Positions 60,217-64,000 of a stretch of DNA of 64,000 nucleotides are shown here, in pieces (positions within the stretch are counted from its first letter, which is position 1; every line of letters begins with the position of its first letter). The position numbers were made by a program, and so were the translations under genes. Origin of the DNA: Tubulanus polymorphus (lineage: Eukaryota > Animalia > Nemertea); NCBI RefSeq assembly GCF_964204645.1, contig NC_134030.1, positions 14,694,110-14,758,109 of the forward strand. The letters are read 5' to 3'. The notes under the pieces are model-generated. The model saw only the letters and a program-made list of their open reading frames with translations, ran no database searches and was not told the DNA's origin.

Positions 60217-60454
60217 TTATCAGAATGAAGAAAGGTTTTGGTTCAAACAAAAAGCTTATTGTTCCATCAAACATAATAGTTTTCATTCCATAAGATTTTC
60301 TTGTGGGAACATTAAAGTTTTTGGTCAAACGGCGTGTTAAGGTCGTTTCGGAAATTTACTCGGTGTGGTATATCTTGGATTACTGTGTATGTCATTTGTC
60401 AGGACATTAAACAGAAGACGACTTAGGATACTACCTTGCGTGACTCCACTGCGT

Positions 60455-60828
60455 GACCGACTTATTCCAAGGCGTTCCGTTGATTTCGGCTACAAGTTTT
60501 CGTTCAGAGATAACTTCTGAGCCATTTGAGCGACCTATCATTGATACTGTTTCCTAATAGCCTGTTTAGTAATGGCTGATGTTGTGCCTTATCAAATGCT
60601 TTGTCGAAATCCACCGTTGAACAGGGTTTTAAGACACTAGTTAGACCAACTTATTCCAAGATGAGGCGTTCCGTTGATTTCGGCTACAAGATTTCGTTCA
60701 GAGATAACTTCTGAGCCATTTGAGCGACCTATCATTGATACTGTTTCCTAATAGCCTGTTTAGTAATGGCTGATGTTGTGCCTTATCAAATGCTTTGTCG
60801 AAATCCACCGTTGAACAGGATTCTAAGA
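60455..60828. repeat. About 190-bp tandem duplication
   Basis: ACTTATTCCAAG...CCACCGTTGAACAGG x2. Confidence 0.9.
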
Positions 60829-62124
60829 CTGTGCAGAAAACCCGTTATCGCTGCCTTGCAGCTATATTCGTGTTTGTTATTTCAGCAGCGCATACCAACC
60901 TTAATTACTTGTTGTTATAGAAAAATATGTGATGAAATAGACTATAGGAGATATTTAATAAATAACTAATAAACAACATGAAGGATGTGATATTAACTGA
61001 AACAAATTACTAATATCGTAAGCTAAAAATATAATCACAGGGTTACAATACCATACCGGTTGTAATTTACTCCTCCGACTTATTTCAGCTGACACAAATA
61101 TCTGACGATGAGATTGCATTGATTGAATCTGCTACCAGAGGACAAGCTACTAACACAACTTTCGAGACAGGAGAGGAAGATGCGGCTGACTGCTTCAAAA
61201 TTTGGCAAAACTGTGAAAGCTACAGACCGCCGAAATAAACCCAAATTGGCGCAAGACTGATGGCAACATCAAACGTGAAATCAAACGCTATACTGCACAG
61301 ACTTAAGTATGAGAGGATTGCAGTTGAAAAATATGAAAATCTCACAGGAATGAAAACATATGAATGCAAAACCTTTATTAGCAAAACCTCCCCGTGTTAG
61401 CTGCCTCACCAGATAGAATTGTCGATAATACCCTCATTGGTTCGAAGAATGAGAACCTAAGCTATAGTGAAGTTGCAGTCATGAAGTCACATGACAGGAT
61501 CCGAAGATTTTTTTTTTCAGATTGCGTGATACGCCTCAATAAAATAGGTCCACAGACGTAATTCGCTTGTCTTAAGAATATTATACTTATCATGATTAAG
61601 ATATCTAAATAAATATTAAATAATATCATTTTTTGAAAGCATGCGTAATGAACGCTGATTTAGCGGTTAAACAATTCATAACTTCTACTCGCGCATGAAT
61701 ACAATATCAATGCTGCGCCTGTTGTAAGTGCCAGTACCCGGCACGTACAGCCTACACACGACACCGACACCGGCCTCCACTTCAAAAGTTATTAAGAAAA
61801 TATTTGAAACATTTTTCATCCGAATTACACCAAATAAACCTTTAAAGTAAGGTATTTAGCATCGGATATTGTGCCGAAAATTCCAGATTGATACACAACA
61901 TAGTTTTTCAAGTAAGCGCATCTTAAACCAATAATGTTGATTGACAGGCAGGATCAGCTGCGTGCCTCATTTTATCGATGACGTCAGATGTAAACAATAA
62001 CATTACCACGTGCGTAATGCAAACGGCAAACAAATTGAATTTTTTAGGCAAATTTCTCTAATGGAATGTTAATTTCTTTTTCATAATTTGCCTTTCTTTT
62101 AAGGTTCGTGAAGTTCAATTGAGG

Positions 62125-63300
62125 AGTGACGAATTGACGAGTGACGAAATTCGTCAATATTAAGGAGAAGTTAGTTTGACGAATTGACGAAATTGACGAA
62201 ATCGTATTCTGGGGTTTTTAAGGCACTACAGGGTCCCAGGGGCCTATAACAATATAAGATATGTGATTTAAACGGGTGACCGGGCACGGGCCCGATGGTG
62301 ATATGACTAGCAATAACAAAGCTTACGGCAAAGTCGATAGAATCAAAACATATAAAGGCGTCGGCTGACTTCAAATTCATGTATAGGGCCCGGTCCTACT
62401 GGTGCTATGACCTATTTTTACCAATCAGTTCGCCGAATATTGTTGGTCAGTCATTCACAACGCTCTTGCGAGTGATCTTATTTCGTCACAACGTATAAAC
62501 AAATTTCGTCAATTTTTTCGTCAATTCGTCAATGCTGCTTGATGAATTGACGAAATCATATTGCGGCATTTTTTGGGCACTACAGGATCCCCAGGGGCCT
62601 TATAGGATATAGAATACGTGATTTAAACAGGTGACCGGGTGTGGGCCCAATGGTGATATGGAAATCAATAACAAAGGTTACAGCAAAATCTATAGAATCA
62701 GATGATATAAAGGCGTCCGTTGACTTCAAATTCGTTGAAAAATCAATCCAAGTCATATAGGGCCCGGTCCTACTGGTGCTATGACCTATTTAAAAGAATC
62801 ATGACGTGGAGAATTGTTGGTCAGCCATTCACAACGCTCTTGCGAGTGATCGTATTTCGTCACAACGTATAAACAAATTTCGCCAATTTTTTCGTCAATT
62901 CGTCAATGCTGCTTGCAAATTGACGAAATCGACGAAATTGACGAAATCGTAATGTGGCATTTTTGGGCTCTACAGGGTCCCCAGGGGCTGTTTAGGTCAA
63001 AATATACGCGAGCTAAACAGGTGACCGGGCACGGGCCCAATGGTGATATGGCAATCAATAACAATGGTTGGCAAAATCTATAGAATCAGAATATATAAAG
63101 GTGTCCGTTGACTTCAAATTCGTTGCAAAATCAATCCATGTCATATAGGGTCCTATTGGTGCTATGACCTTTCATCGAATCAGTTCGCCGAAAATTGTTT
63201 GGCAGTCATCCACAACGCTCTTACGAGTGATTTTATTTGGTCGAACCGTTGAAAAGAAAATTCGCCAATTCGTCAAGCTGAATTGACGAATTTGACGATC
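62125..63300. repeat. About 370-bp tandem repeat x3, rich in TGACGAA/TTCGTCA
   Basis: GGTCCTA(C/T)TGGTGCTATGACCT recurs at about 62392, 62766 and 63149; probably a TE-internal array. Confidence 0.8.
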
Positions 63301-64000
63301 GATGAAACCGTTAAAAAATATTTGCGCGATTTGGCTCATGATAAACCCTCCGAAACATATCACCACATTTGCTGCAATGACATAACATTATACAGTATTA
63401 GTCGCGGTAATTTAGGGAATATATTTTTCTCACACTGATCGTCATATTTTTGCTAAAGTTTGGTCAGATGTGGCCTTCACGGGTGCAGGACATCTTCGGT
63501 AGGTGAAGTACCGGTTTTCAAACACCAGTGAAGGACCTGGCCTCCATGGGCACATGTTATCCAAGATCTGCACGGGAGATCAGATACCGTATAATATTTT
63601 AACACAATACCAAAGAACCGAAAAGTTTTTCCTATCATTTATCAAACAAACATGATATAAGTAAATTCAACCGACCAGCCAAATCCAAGTCAAGTTAAAT
63701 AAGAGGCTACAATGTTGGTTTTCACACGAGCAGCAAAATAATCAACTCAAATTCAGTCACGATAAATCCCGTCCTTTGACGGGTTCTTTGCTAGTTTATC
63801 ATACATATTTTACTTTATACTTTTACATTGAATCAAGTTATTCTCTTTTCGTTGCATCTCCATTTGATACTGCAGTATCAACAGCACGAATGTCGTAAAA
63901 TGGAAATGGTTAAAATAGACAGTGTAGTGTTTATGTGCCTGTTTATGCATATCACCAATACAATACAATACAATACAATAAACTTTATAATCAAAAATAC

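Larger units (their letters stand above)
52396..61432 (+). pseudogene. Spliced SWIM zinc finger plus YqaJ (lambda-exonuclease-like) gene of an ISL2EU-type DNA transposon, fragmented by later inserts
   Basis: SWIM motif AQCECGAGKGPNAHCKHV (about 52720-52775); LQTFH (about 56005); LDHDY (about 56430); YqaJ motifs TRGQ, RLTASKFG, KYE..AVEKY and LAASPD (61089-61432). GT/AG boundaries; stops and frameshifts. Confidence 0.75.

Noticed and set aside
39679-60328. Family of short similar ORFs (MTFLVPKNVNFGPNSESC...)
   Set aside because: Chance frames in non-coding HINE copies, with inconsistent starts and stops.
63440-63620. GC-richer, exon-like patch
   Set aside because: No convincing frame or cyclophilin continuation on either strand.

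Overview
AT-rich, transposon-dense genomic DNA from an animal, probably a non-arthropod invertebrate. The centrepiece (about 12.3-36.7 kb) is a cluster of four related, degraded copies of an endogenous Polinton/adintovirus-like virus. Its genes include a protein-primed PolB polyprotein, a small OB-fold-like gene, a minor capsid protein, several membrane proteins, the N-terminus of a major capsid protein, an integrase chromodomain remnant and an A32-like packaging ATPase. One copy is split by a young, nearly intact BEL/Pao LTR retrotransposon. The virus has 165-195 bp self-complementary terminal hairpins, and most structural-module genes start at a T-run/N5-7/TAAATG motif matching poxvirus late promoters, which suggests a virophage-like element that uses a pox-like helper virus (inference). 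Other content: hAT and DIRS remnants, nested TIR elements, three coding exons of a PPIG/NKTR-type cyclophilin whose introns hold Helentron-type HINEs with CTCF-motif arrays, a deleted BEL/Pao, a spliced SWIM-YqaJ gene and a Penelope 3' end with a hammerhead-like motif. A recurrent 6-bp TA to TAGGCCTA insertion is visible across the window. Family assignments come from motif recognition by eye, not database searches.
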